DNA from: a virus
Strand: one strand, 5' to 3'
DNA length: 43,094 nt
IMG/VR virus record: IMGVR_UViG_3300019487_000051
Coordinates: 1-43,094 of that record
Made by a program: the position numbers and the translations under genes. Below, piece by piece: positions 23,894 to 32,107 of this stretch. The first letter of the stretch is position 1. Each line of letters begins with the position of its first letter. The notes under the pieces are model-generated. The model saw only the letters and a program-made list of their open reading frames with translations. It did not search any database and was not told the origin of the DNA.

Positions 23894-26223
23894 TGAACGC
23901 CGAAGCTCTTTGCGGCGGCGGCCAGCTCCTTAATACCGATAAAGTAACGGGTAAGCGTAGAATTCCCTGGTACCTTTGTTGAGTGTGTTGCCACCAAGAC
24001 GTCGTCAATAAAGAACTTAAACTCTGTCGCCCCAGAATTCCAGCGAATGCGTAGCCGGTAGAGCGTGTTGGTGGCGATTGCAACTGAGGTAGTGGTCACC
24101 TCAGGGGTACCGCTAGAATTATCAGACGCACACCGCCAGAACGCTGTGCCGTCGACGTCCGTCGCGTACCTGAACATCGCGTAATCGATCGCAGGCGTGC
24201 TGGATGCCGGGTCAGCTGGATCTGATAAAAATAACCCAACAAATGTACGGATATCGGAAACCGTACCGCTAGGTGCAAGCAAGAATCTTGTCGCCCACTC
24301 GCCCTCGTTCCATCGGAACTGAAACAACGTGGCTGTTGAATTCAGCTCAGCGCGATTTGACCCACCGCCTGCGCTTGTTTGAATGACAAATTTGCCAGCA
24401 CCACCAGAACCGAAGGACGCCGTACCAACGGCGGATAAACCACTCGGCGATCCATCGTTGATATCCAGCGCTGTTCCACCATTAAGCGCGTAATTCCGAA
24501 TCAATAGATTCTTTGCCGGGTCAAATATCGAGTTAGGTGTTGAGCTACCTCCACCCTGAATACTCCGCCAGGCATACACGTCTGAGGAGTCCTTATCGCA
24601 TATCTCAGCGGTGTCAGCAACTCCCGCGCCTCCATCGACTCGGAAGAGATAACCACGTTTCGTGCTGTCACAAGTTGGCTTGGTTCCGGTTAGGATCTGT
24701 AACCCGCCATCTTGCGGGAGACGAAATGTATCGGTTATTGTGGTACTACCGTTCGGCGTTGTACTAAACACCCATCTCGAGCCATGTGCGGAAGCTGTGT
24801 GAGTCTGTGTCGCTTCGGTAAAAGCCCGCGCTGTACCAAAGAAACCCGTACTGTCGTAGGCATTTGACGAAAGACCGAGCATCCAGTCACCGCTCTGTAC
24901 CGCCGACGGTGCTCCGATACTTCCACGGGATTTGTACGCTCGAAAGCCTGCACTATTCCCCGGAGGTGCATCTGCATCCGCGCGTTGAGAGCTAATCACT
25001 CCGTTATGGGATCCGGCGCTCGCGACGCTCAGTCCTTCATCCGTCAACGCGGCGGTTGATCCAATACCTACAAACTTGTTAGTCTTGTCGTAAACAAACT
25101 CCGCCTCACCTCCGAACGTTCCGCTATCGTTAAACTGAACGTTGGTGTTTGCTCCTCCCGGCGACGTACCGACTGATATACAATTCCCCCAAGCTCCGTT
25201 TTCATAACACCGGAATTTATTCAGCACGGAGTCGTAGAATAGATCGCCATTCACCCCAACCGAAGGGTCTGCCGTATGCGCTCCGATGTTAACACCAGCG
25301 TTAGTACCATTCGGGTTGAACGTTTGTTTGATCCCGTCAGCCCATAGGTTAAGAAAGTCAGTAGCTGCAGCGACAATACTCGCGTTAGGGAAGGTGACCG
25401 TTCTAGTCGTTCCAGTTGTAAACCCGTCAACCTCGAATCTAAGCAACTTCGTCGCATCAATCGATCCCTTCACAATCGCGGTGGTATCGGTAAATGGAGG
25501 AACGGAGGCAGCAATGTCTATCGAAACGACCCCACCTCCGTTATCTGTTAACGTACCGTTCGTAACACGAGCTTCAATAACATTCGGCACGTCCGGAGTG
25601 CCATCTTGCTCACGAACACGGAGAACCGAGCCATTCGAACTTCCTGTCCCGCCATTCGCCGGTGGCAAAACTCCACTAACTGCCGCGCTGCTCGCGAGAT
25701 TAATTGCACCAAAATCCGGTTGACCACCAGCATTGGGTACACGAAACACCTGATTCGCCAGACCAACGCTCGATGTTTTAATCGGAAGAGTATTGTTGCC
25801 CAAAAGGACCGTATCGAGGGTAAAGGAGTTTGCACCTGTACCTCCATTCGGAACAGTTAACACTCCAGCTGTCGCCAACGCGCTGAGCGTGACGTTGAGC
25901 AGTTTCGTTGTTGGGAAGTTATTACCTTGGATCAGGATGTCTACAACCTGATCACCGAGAAAGAAATCGAAATAACCGTTGCTATCCGATACTATCGGTT
26001 GAGATTTAACAACCGTACCGGTAATGTTGCTGAAGATCGTAACGGGGGTGTTAGTACCGGGAAGGTAGACTCGGACCTGAGCTCCAGCCATCACCGAGCC
26101 GTCCGTTCGACGGACTTGTTGAATATAGTGTTGATACGTCGAGGCGAACGCGTTAGAGACAAATAGCAAAAACGCGAACAGCCATGTTAACGTGGCGGGA
26201 ACTTGCTTGTTTCGTACTTCCAT
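23872..26223 (-). CDS. Tail fibre/spike protein with N-terminal hydrophobic leader and carboxypeptidase-regulatory-like domain
   Basis: GGAGG RBS 10 nt upstream of ATG 26223. N-terminus LTWLFAFLLFVSNAFAS. VRVYLPGTNTPV...SDSNGYFDF (CarboxypepD_reg-like). Long Gly/Thr/Ser-rich fibre-like body. Confidence 0.5.
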   Translation of the reverse strand: MEVRNKQVPATLTWLFAFLLFVSNAFASTYQHYIQQVRRTDGSVMAGAQVRVYLPGTNTPVTIFSNITGTVVKSQPIVSDSNGYFDFFLGDQVVDILIQGNNFPTTKLLNVTLSALATAGVLTVPNGGTGANSFTLDTVLLGNNTLPIKTSSVGLANQVFRVPNAGGQPDFGAINLASSAAVSGVLPPANGGTGSSNGSVLRVREQDGTPDVPNVIEARVTNGTLTDNGGGVVSIDIAASVPPFTDTTAIVKGSIDATKLLRFEVDGFTTGTTRTVTFPNASIVAAATDFLNLWADGIKQTFNPNGTNAGVNIGAHTADPSVGVNGDLFYDSVLNKFRCYENGAWGNCISVGTSPGGANTNVQFNDSGTFGGEAEFVYDKTNKFVGIGSTAALTDEGLSVASAGSHNGVISSQRADADAPPGNSAGFRAYKSRGSIGAPSAVQSGDWMLGLSSNAYDSTGFFGTARAFTEATQTHTASAHGSRWVFSTTPNGSTTITDTFRLPQDGGLQILTGTKPTCDSTKRGYLFRVDGGAGVADTAEICDKDSSDVYAWRSIQGGGSSTPNSIFDPAKNLLIRNYALNGGTALDINDGSPSGLSAVGTASFGSGGAGKFVIQTSAGGGSNRAELNSTATLFQFRWNEGEWATRFLLAPSGTVSDIRTFVGLFLSDPADPASSTPAIDYAMFRYATDVDGTAFWRCASDNSSGTPEVTTTSVAIATNTLYRLRIRWNSGATEFKFFIDDVLVATHSTKVPGNSTLTRYFIGIKELAAAAKSFGVQWVQWWQ

Positions 26224-26432
26224 CGCTGATTAACCTCCAAGTTATCTTGAACTTGCTTCTCTTGAGTCCAGCCGTTAACCTCTGGCAACGGCAACAGCTT
26301 CTCCGAGGTGACTTTACTATCGGTGATTTTAAACCCACTCCTAGCGCTGAGTAAGACAAAAACAGTCACAACGCTGTTAGGGAAGTAATTCGGAGCGAAG
26401 TAGTTGTTTAGAAAGTAGTTTGGAGCGAACAT
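26187..26432 (-). CDS. Possible small ORF filling the 218-nt gap upstream of the fibre gene
   Basis: ATG lies 9 nt after the upstream stop with no clear RBS. Contains a FAPNYF...FAPNYF duplication. Overlaps the fibre gene start by 37 nt. Confidence 0.25.
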   Translation of the reverse strand: MFAPNYFLNNYFAPNYFPNSVVTVFVLLSARSGFKITDSKVTSEKLLPLPEVNGWTQEKQVQDNLEVNQRWKYETSKFPPR

Positions 26433-26441
26433 AACGTTACG

Positions 26442-27257
26442 TTACGCAGGAGGAGTCAATACAACCGTGACCCGATCTCCGAGCAGGGTAACATTCGCGG
26501 TGATTCTCGTCGTCCCTGGGTTGTTAGCTGCCTCGATCGTTACAGCAGTTGTGCCCGCGCCTGAAAGTACTCCGGCAAGTGCGGAGGCGATAACCGCCAA
26601 AGCCTGTCGAGCGTTAATCCCGGTTTCGACAACAATCTGGTCAAGCCCGTCGGATTGGAGCTCGACTCGGCCTGCGGCATCGGTTAGAAGCTTATTCGCA
26701 GGTGTGATGAGTATCGGTAGATTGTCCTTAAACAACTGGCCGTACGAACCAGCCGTCCGACCTTCGGAAGTGAGCTCGTCCCAAATCGAGTTGATAAGAG
26801 CAACCAACTGCGCCGCGTCAACAAACACCGCTCCTGCAGATGTGTTAATCTCTCCTGCTCCTGCTCCGTCTTTGACAGTAACTACCGGATAGCCTGCTGT
26901 GTCGGGAGCTGCGACTGCGGTGCCATTCCACTGTCCGACGTTGACACGATAGTCGCCAAGAGACTCGGGGTATAGAGTAAGCACCGGGATGATTGCGTTA
27001 GCGGAAGATGTTTTTACAACAACAACAACACCGTCTCCGTTCATCTCAGCATCGGTGAGGTCTAGGAAATACGTTCCACTCGCTCCGATCTCAGTTGCCT
27101 CGTTCGTACAGTCAACGAACGCTGCACCGTCAATTGAAACCTCGGAGTCAAGTGCGGTGGCTCCGGTAATTAAAGCCCCCGCGGTATCGTGGATCGGAAA
27201 ATACGCCCGATACGCTACGTTTTTACGAGGAACTGGAACAGCATCAGAAGCAGACAT
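26442..27257 (-). CDS. Virion structural protein (tail/fibre associated)
   Basis: 271-aa ORF, Ala/Gly/Thr/Val-rich beta-type composition, in the tail block. Confidence 0.35.
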   Translation of the reverse strand: MSASDAVPVPRKNVAYRAYFPIHDTAGALITGATALDSEVSIDGAAFVDCTNEATEIGASGTYFLDLTDAEMNGDGVVVVVKTSSANAIIPVLTLYPESLGDYRVNVGQWNGTAVAAPDTAGYPVVTVKDGAGAGEINTSAGAVFVDAAQLVALINSIWDELTSEGRTAGSYGQLFKDNLPILITPANKLLTDAAGRVELQSDGLDQIVVETGINARQALAVIASALAGVLSGAGTTAVTIEAANNPGTTRITANVTLLGDRVTVVLTPPA

Positions 27258-27265
27258 ACCTCACC

Positions 27266-27703
27266 TCACAAAGCTTGTAGAAAATACTCTAATGAGACCC
27301 CAGATCCTGTTGGAATGTTGATTGCAGCAGGCACTCCATTGCTATCGGTGAAGACCGTTCGCGCTGCCATGTTGCCGGCAACTACGTCGTCAAACACTCC
27401 AATCTCGAAGATATCTAACCCCGAGCCGCTGATAAACATCGCGGTTACGTGCAACGTGTCACCTGCAAACGCGGTTGTTTCGATAGCCATACTACCTAGC
27501 TGTCTGAGCACCTCAGCGACGAGAGCTATCTGATCCGGTGCGGGGGTAGTTGTTCCCGTCCCAATCGCGAGGTATTGGAATGCGTTTAACAACACCCCAG
27601 TGAGTGCTCGGATGTTTAACGCGGCAAGAACGTAAGTCTCTTGATTCGAGCCTTGATAAACCTTACCGTTGACTGTTATCTTCCAACGACCTTTAATCTT
27701 CAT
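27266..27703 (-). CDS. Virion structural protein
   Basis: 145-aa ORF tightly packed between neighbouring genes. Confidence 0.35.
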   Translation of the reverse strand: MKIKGRWKITVNGKVYQGSNQETYVLAALNIRALTGVLLNAFQYLAIGTGTTTPAPDQIALVAEVLRQLGSMAIETTAFAGDTLHVTAMFISGSGLDIFEIGVFDDVVAGNMAARTVFTDSNGVPAAINIPTGSGVSLEYFLQAL

Positions 27704-27704
27704 A

Positions 27705-28334
27705 TCAGGCCTTCATGATGAACGCAACTTCGAAATACGCAGGTAACGTACTCCCTAGATCAGTGGTAAAGGCGTGAATGTGTGGGTCTATCGCTACAAC
27801 GATCGTCAACGGAGCAGCACTTGAAACCGTAGTCGAACCGGTATTAACTCCAGTCAATCCGTTGTGGGTGTGAGTGTCGGATCCGCCAGTTGCTCCGGGA
27901 TTAGTTGCTGGAGGAGCTCCGCGTACAAATCTAGATCGGAGGTCTGGCGTTCCAGCTGTTCCGTCACATAACTTCCATCCAGTGGGTATGCTAGCAAGCG
28001 TCCCGGACCACATAACAATCGTTCCGGCGGGTACTCCAGCGTTTGGTGTTTTCCAAGTCGTACCGTCGTCATATTTAACATCCCCCGTAACGTCATGAAT
28101 CCACAACGCTCCAGGAGCGTTAATGTTATTCGCGGGAGTGGTGGATTGCAAAAAGACTTTCCCGCTTCCGGGGCGATGATATCCCGTCGCCGCGGTATCG
28201 CTTAACGGGAAGAAGTGCTCAACATCCACTCGCTCGCGGACTTGATTCTTAAACGTCCGAATCACATCCCCGAGAGTGCTAGCCAGATCGGTATCAGCAG
28301 GTACTGCTTCGTTCCAAGCAAAGCTAAACGGCAT
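27705..28334 (-). CDS. Tail fibre protein with phage tail collar domain
   Basis: GTIVMWSGTLASIPTGWKLCDGTAGTPDLRSRFVRGA matches the tail collar consensus (GxIxxW...PxGWxxCDG...PDLRxRF). Confidence 0.6.
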   Translation of the reverse strand: MPFSFAWNEAVPADTDLASTLGDVIRTFKNQVRERVDVEHFFPLSDTAATGYHRPGSGKVFLQSTTPANNINAPGALWIHDVTGDVKYDDGTTWKTPNAGVPAGTIVMWSGTLASIPTGWKLCDGTAGTPDLRSRFVRGAPPATNPGATGGSDTHTHNGLTGVNTGSTTVSSAAPLTIVVAIDPHIHAFTTDLGSTLPAYFEVAFIMKA

Positions 28335-28337
28335 AGG

Positions 28338-28472
28338 CTAACACTCCTTTTCGGGGTGTAAGATAACCCACGATCCAGACCAAGCACATCCCGGACAGTG
28401 GTTCATCTGTTCAATTTCAAACATGTACACAAACGGTGATTGCTTACCGCATCTCGGACAGATAACAATCAC
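28338..28472 (-). CDS. Possible small zinc-ribbon protein (GTG start), or the downstream part of a frameshifted gene
   Basis: CPRCGKQ...x17...CPGC. The GTG at 28472 lies 4 nt after the stop of ORF 28477-28734. The longer ORF-track version (to 28691) overlaps that ORF out of frame. Confidence 0.3.
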   Translation of the reverse strand: MIVICPRCGKQSPFVYMFEIEQMNHCPGCAWSGSWVILHPEKEC

Positions 28473-28476
28473 CTGC

Positions 28477-28734
28477 TCAGTAGACTCCAGCGTCAACGCC
28501 TTCTTCGAAAGCTCGGTCGTCAAGCCAAGTCCCTGGTTCTGGTCTTCCATCGGAGAGTATCTCCGGAATGCGTTCGTATCGCGTCCACGCGATCGGGTTG
28601 TCAAAGCATCCATGAACGATACACAACCACATCCCTCGTTGTCGTACAAGCTGGCTACTTCGAACGGTAATCCCACACCGATCACAAACATGCCAAGGGT
28701 CGAAGCTAATCCCCCGGCGACCTATTGCTCCCAT
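28477..28734 (-). CDS. Small zinc-binding protein
   Basis: WHVCDRCG...LCIVHGCFD. Its ATG overlaps the stop of the upstream basic micro-ORF (TAATG). Confidence 0.45.
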   Translation of the reverse strand: MGAIGRRGISFDPWHVCDRCGITVRSSQLVRQRGMWLCIVHGCFDNPIAWTRYERIPEILSDGRPEPGTWLDDRAFEEGVDAGVY

Positions 28735-28835
28735 TAATAACCTCCTCTCCGAGATTTCTTTTTCTTCTTCTTCGGAGACATACCGGATTCTTTCTGTCTC
28801 GGGGCACGATCTACTCCCGGTTTCTTCTGGTTCAC
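28734..28835 (-). CDS. Possible 33-aa highly basic peptide
   Basis: GTG 28835 is preceded by AAGGAGG at 8 nt. Translation MNQKKPGVDRAPRQKESGMSPKKKKKKSRRGGY. Stop overlaps the next ATG. Below the ORF-track size cutoff. Confidence 0.3.
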   Translation of the reverse strand: MNQKKPGVDRAPRQKESGMSPKKKKKKSRRGGY

Positions 28836-28849
28836 GATTACCACCTCCT

Positions 28850-29125
28850 TTAGTTACAAATAATCGTTAGCTTGCCGCTTTGCAACGTTTCGATAAGCAA
28901 GCCCTCCACCCAACCGCAACTCAAACGTTCCATCTCGAAATCGTTCGCCTCACTTGCTTTCGCATCGAAGATCAACCTCGAACCGGAGGCATTCTTAACC
29001 GTAGCTTGATGCCCTATTGCAGTAGGTCCGCTCCAGATGATCGATACAACATTAACCCAAGTAAGCCAGACGGGAGTTGCGCCGGGGGTATCGATAACAA
29101 AATATCTCGGTCCGATCTGATTCAT
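28850..29125 (-). CDS. Head-proximal structural protein, function unassigned
   Basis: 91-aa ORF directly downstream of the capsid gene. Confidence 0.35.
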   Translation of the reverse strand: MNQIGPRYFVIDTPGATPVWLTWVNVVSIIWSGPTAIGHQATVKNASGSRLIFDAKASEANDFEMERLSCGWVEGLLIETLQSGKLTIICN

Positions 29126-29192
29126 TGTTTTCGTCTCCGAAAATGAGGGAGAGTGATATGCTACCCTCCCTCGAGAGGTAATCTACCCTCCG

Positions 29193-30149
29193 CTAAGTTC
29201 CTGCAGTTCCCCAAGTACCCCGCCAGTTCGACGCGCCATCGCTTGCACGATAGAACGCGACGTGTTTCACTGACCGAGTGTCGAAATCATCCGCCATGTC
29301 CTCGTCAAGCTGTTGCCGATCGAAGTGAATCAGCTTGTGGCCGGATTTCTCTGACGTACCAAACCAGGCCTTCGTCGAGGTAAGATACCGTGAGATAAAC
29401 GGCACCAGACCTTTGTCCTGGATCGAGCTGATGGTGTTCTCTGCACTGTACGGCTTCCATGCGGAGCCAAGCAGCTCTTCCGCGACCCATCGCAGTTCAG
29501 GTGGAACGATCAGATTACGGATCACCTCCTTGACCAGAATACCTCTGCCGTCGATCATTCTCTCACATTGGTTGATCATCAGCTGGATACCACTGTAAGA
29601 CAAATCGATATCAGTAGCTGGTCTGTTGGGATAGGTGCCTTGGGTATACGCACCTACACCAACGATGGAGGCTGGAACTGCAACGGTAGCTGGCAACCCG
29701 CCTAGCATCGGATGGGCAGCGTTAAACAGAGAGACACCGTCGACCGTGACTTGGGTAGTGAACCCAAGATTAAACACGTTCCAAGCGTTGGTCTCTCTCT
29801 TGTGATGGGCTGTCCGAGCAAAGTTCTGCGGCACTTTGCTGATCAGGTCGTATTGATCATCCTGAACCAGCTCGAAGGACATCCTCACACCCTGACCGTG
29901 AGTCGTGTGGGTAAAACGGTAAGTCCCACCTTGAATCACATCGTCGTAGACGATCGGCTGGCCTTCTGGCTTGTCCGGCATCGGACCGGTACCAGCGAAT
30001 TCAACATCGTCTTCATACGCTTTGTCACTCCCCATCACGTTGAAGATTTTGTCATACTCGCTTTCCCGTTGAGTAAGCTCGACCCATTGGTTGAATAGCT
30101 CGTGAAGGCCGGGAGCCATCAATTGTGCTAAATTTCCACGTACCATCAT
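29193..30149 (-). CDS. Major capsid protein (HK97-fold type)
   Basis: 318 aa. Lies downstream of portal, scaffold and small head genes. The N-terminal pattern LHELFNQW...YDKIFNV..S.KAYEDDVEFAGTG resembles capsid families. No search was run. Confidence 0.55.
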   Translation of the reverse strand: MMVRGNLAQLMAPGLHELFNQWVELTQRESEYDKIFNVMGSDKAYEDDVEFAGTGPMPDKPEGQPIVYDDVIQGGTYRFTHTTHGQGVRMSFELVQDDQYDLISKVPQNFARTAHHKRETNAWNVFNLGFTTQVTVDGVSLFNAAHPMLGGLPATVAVPASIVGVGAYTQGTYPNRPATDIDLSYSGIQLMINQCERMIDGRGILVKEVIRNLIVPPELRWVAEELLGSAWKPYSAENTISSIQDKGLVPFISRYLTSTKAWFGTSEKSGHKLIHFDRQQLDEDMADDFDTRSVKHVAFYRASDGASNWRGTWGTAGT

Positions 30150-30154
30150 GATGA

Positions 30155-30715
30155 CTATGCACCTCCCATCTGAGCTGCAGCGGGAAGGAAGCGGAAGAAC
30201 AGTCTTCCGCTATCCCGCCCAGCGTCTCCGGGATAGACTCCCGTGATCACAACGCTGTCAGTTTTTGTTTTGTCGATGAACCAGTAGTTGTTGCTGTCTT
30301 TTGTTAGCCCATAAGACTTGCCTACATCTGTCTCAAGGGCAGTAATGCCTTCCAGGACAACACCTTGAAACTCGGTAGTGTCGTCTGCAAGTTGTACTCC
30401 GATCGATCCGTCGTTGAGCGGAGCACCACGGGGAATATTTACCGCTAGTGATTGATTTGGTACCGAACCGAACGTCAGAGTCTTCGCCACACCAACTGTG
30501 GTGAGGTTGGATGCCGCCTCGATTGCAATACCGGCGACCTTGCTAGTCGCCACTACACCCGACCACTCTCTTACACCGCCCTCTACAGCGTTATCACGAA
30601 AAACAGGCGTGCCTTCCTTGAAAGTCTGGCTTGCCTTTTCCTGATATCTGCGGATAGCAGGTGAGGAATCCTGAGTAGTTCGGGCTACGACGATTGGTAC
30701 TGCCTTTCCAGCCAT
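30155..30715 (-). CDS. Head decoration/auxiliary capsid protein (DUF2190-like)
   Basis: 186 aa, beta-rich, VAGIAIEAAS-type motif, immediately upstream of the capsid gene. Confidence 0.3.
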   Translation of the reverse strand: MAGKAVPIVVARTTQDSSPAIRRYQEKASQTFKEGTPVFRDNAVEGGVREWSGVVATSKVAGIAIEAASNLTTVGVAKTLTFGSVPNQSLAVNIPRGAPLNDGSIGVQLADDTTEFQGVVLEGITALETDVGKSYGLTKDSNNYWFIDKTKTDSVVITGVYPGDAGRDSGRLFFRFLPAAAQMGGA

Positions 30716-30804
30716 TGCTGTCGTCTCCTTTCACTCAAGTTTAACAGAAGCGAGCGAGCGAGTAGTCAGGTGCAACTCACTTTACAACAAAAAACTTGTT
30801 ACGT

Positions 30805-31308
30805 TTACTGCTTCGATGCACTCTGGATCATCTTATCCAGGTCTTTCTCATCAGGTGTGTATGGAGTAATCTGTCCACCGCTTTTCCTACCCAACTGATG
30901 CAGTTCTTCCTGAGCTTTCTCAAAACTCTTACCTGCGGCGAGTTTGCTCCGGAGAACGACTGATTTGATCGCTGAGGCGTATCGAGACTCAGCGATTTTC
31001 ATCAACACCACATCGCCGTTGTAGAAGCGACCGTCTTTTGCTACAATTGTGGTGTTTACGTCGCTTGGAGAGCAAAACTCAAACCCTTCCGCCTGCGCCT
31101 GCGCCAACATTTGCCCGTCGCGAGATCTGTAATTCACCCAACGACAACGGATGCCTGGGATTTTGTACTGCACTTCGAATGTATCCGGCGGCATGAGATC
31201 GATCGCGTTGATAGACTCATCGCTGATGATCTCGCTTTCGTGACGCGGAGTGTAAAACTTCTGCTCGGTCGTAGCTGGTTTCGATTGTACTGGTTTGTTA
31301 TCTGACAT
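30805..31308 (-). CDS. Head-module protein, function unassigned
   Basis: 167-aa ORF between the scaffold-like and decoration-like genes. Confidence 0.35.
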   Translation of the reverse strand: MSDNKPVQSKPATTEQKFYTPRHESEIISDESINAIDLMPPDTFEVQYKIPGIRCRWVNYRSRDGQMLAQAQAEGFEFCSPSDVNTTIVAKDGRFYNGDVVLMKIAESRYASAIKSVVLRSKLAAGKSFEKAQEELHQLGRKSGGQITPYTPDEKDLDKMIQSASKQ

Positions 31309-31988
31309 TAGCTCACCACCTTGATCGTCGCTTTACGTGCTGCGTATTGCTGAGGGGTTAGTTTGAACCTCGCTGCCATTTTCAACTCCTCAGCGGAGAG
31401 CTGTCCGGCAGGGTCTGGAGGAGCTGGAGGAGCTCCTGGAGAGGGTGGCTCACTGTAAGCTGCGACTAGATTCGGGTTGGTAGCGTAGTCTTTGACATGT
31501 CGCCCTCTCACCCGTTCGATCGTGATATCCCACGTTTTGGGGTTCATAAGATAATTCGGGTGGAGCTCTTTCAACATATCGTCGATTTCCTTCCCCCAAA
31601 GCTTAAACTCCTGCGAGTAACGCTGCTCCATCTGCGTTCGCATGAGATGATAGCTTGTGTTCATCATCGATTGCATCAGCGGCTGGGCTTGCTCTTGAAA
31701 CGCTGCTTGAGGGTCTGTCCACCATTTCGTCTTAATATCCTCAGGTTTCGGTGGCTGCATCGGTGGCTGCTGTTGCTGTTGAGGAGCAGCCAGTCTCATT
31801 AACAACTCCTCGTTCGCTCGTTTGTACTCCTCAAGCGAACCGCGAAGAGTTTGATTTTCGGTTTCAGCCACCGCTAAGCGTTGAGTAGCGTCGGGAGTAG
31901 CAGGCGCAGGTGCAGGCGCAGGCGCAGGCGGCGTTCCTGGCAAACTACCTGGCGGTGTTACCGATTTCGGGGGTACTGGATCTGGCAT
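31308..31988 (-). CDS. Scaffolding-like protein
   Basis: AAGGAGG RBS 9 nt upstream. Pro/Ala-rich N-terminus (PAPAPAPAPA) followed by a predicted coiled-coil. Lies between portal and capsid. Confidence 0.4.
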   Translation of the reverse strand: MPDPVPPKSVTPPGSLPGTPPAPAPAPAPATPDATQRLAVAETENQTLRGSLEEYKRANEELLMRLAAPQQQQQPPMQPPKPEDIKTKWWTDPQAAFQEQAQPLMQSMMNTSYHLMRTQMEQRYSQEFKLWGKEIDDMLKELHPNYLMNPKTWDITIERVRGRHVKDYATNPNLVAAYSEPPSPGAPPAPPDPAGQLSAEELKMAARFKLTPQQYAARKATIKVVS

Positions 31989-32107
31989 TTTCTGTTGCCT
32001 CCTTGAATTGTTGTTCTATTTGGACCAACTTATCAACATACGATGGGAGGTCTCTGATACTTTTCAACGTATCCAAACCTCCCTGCGCTCGGAAGATATC
32101 TTTCATC

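Noticed and set aside
23879-23897. Direct repeat ccattgaac-ccattgaac at the junction of ORFs 22349-23893 and 23872-26223
   Set aside because: It lies within overlapping coding sequence at a gene junction. It resembles the TCATTGA box only partially (CCATTGA) and is probably coincidental.
31945-32106. 53-aa minus-strand ORF starting 1 nt after the portal stop (the C-terminal part of ORF-track entry 31945-32292)
   Set aside because: It overlaps the strongly supported scaffold start (AAGGAGG RBS, ATG 31988) by 44 nt and has no RBS of its own. Coding status is uncertain, so it is not listed as a feature.
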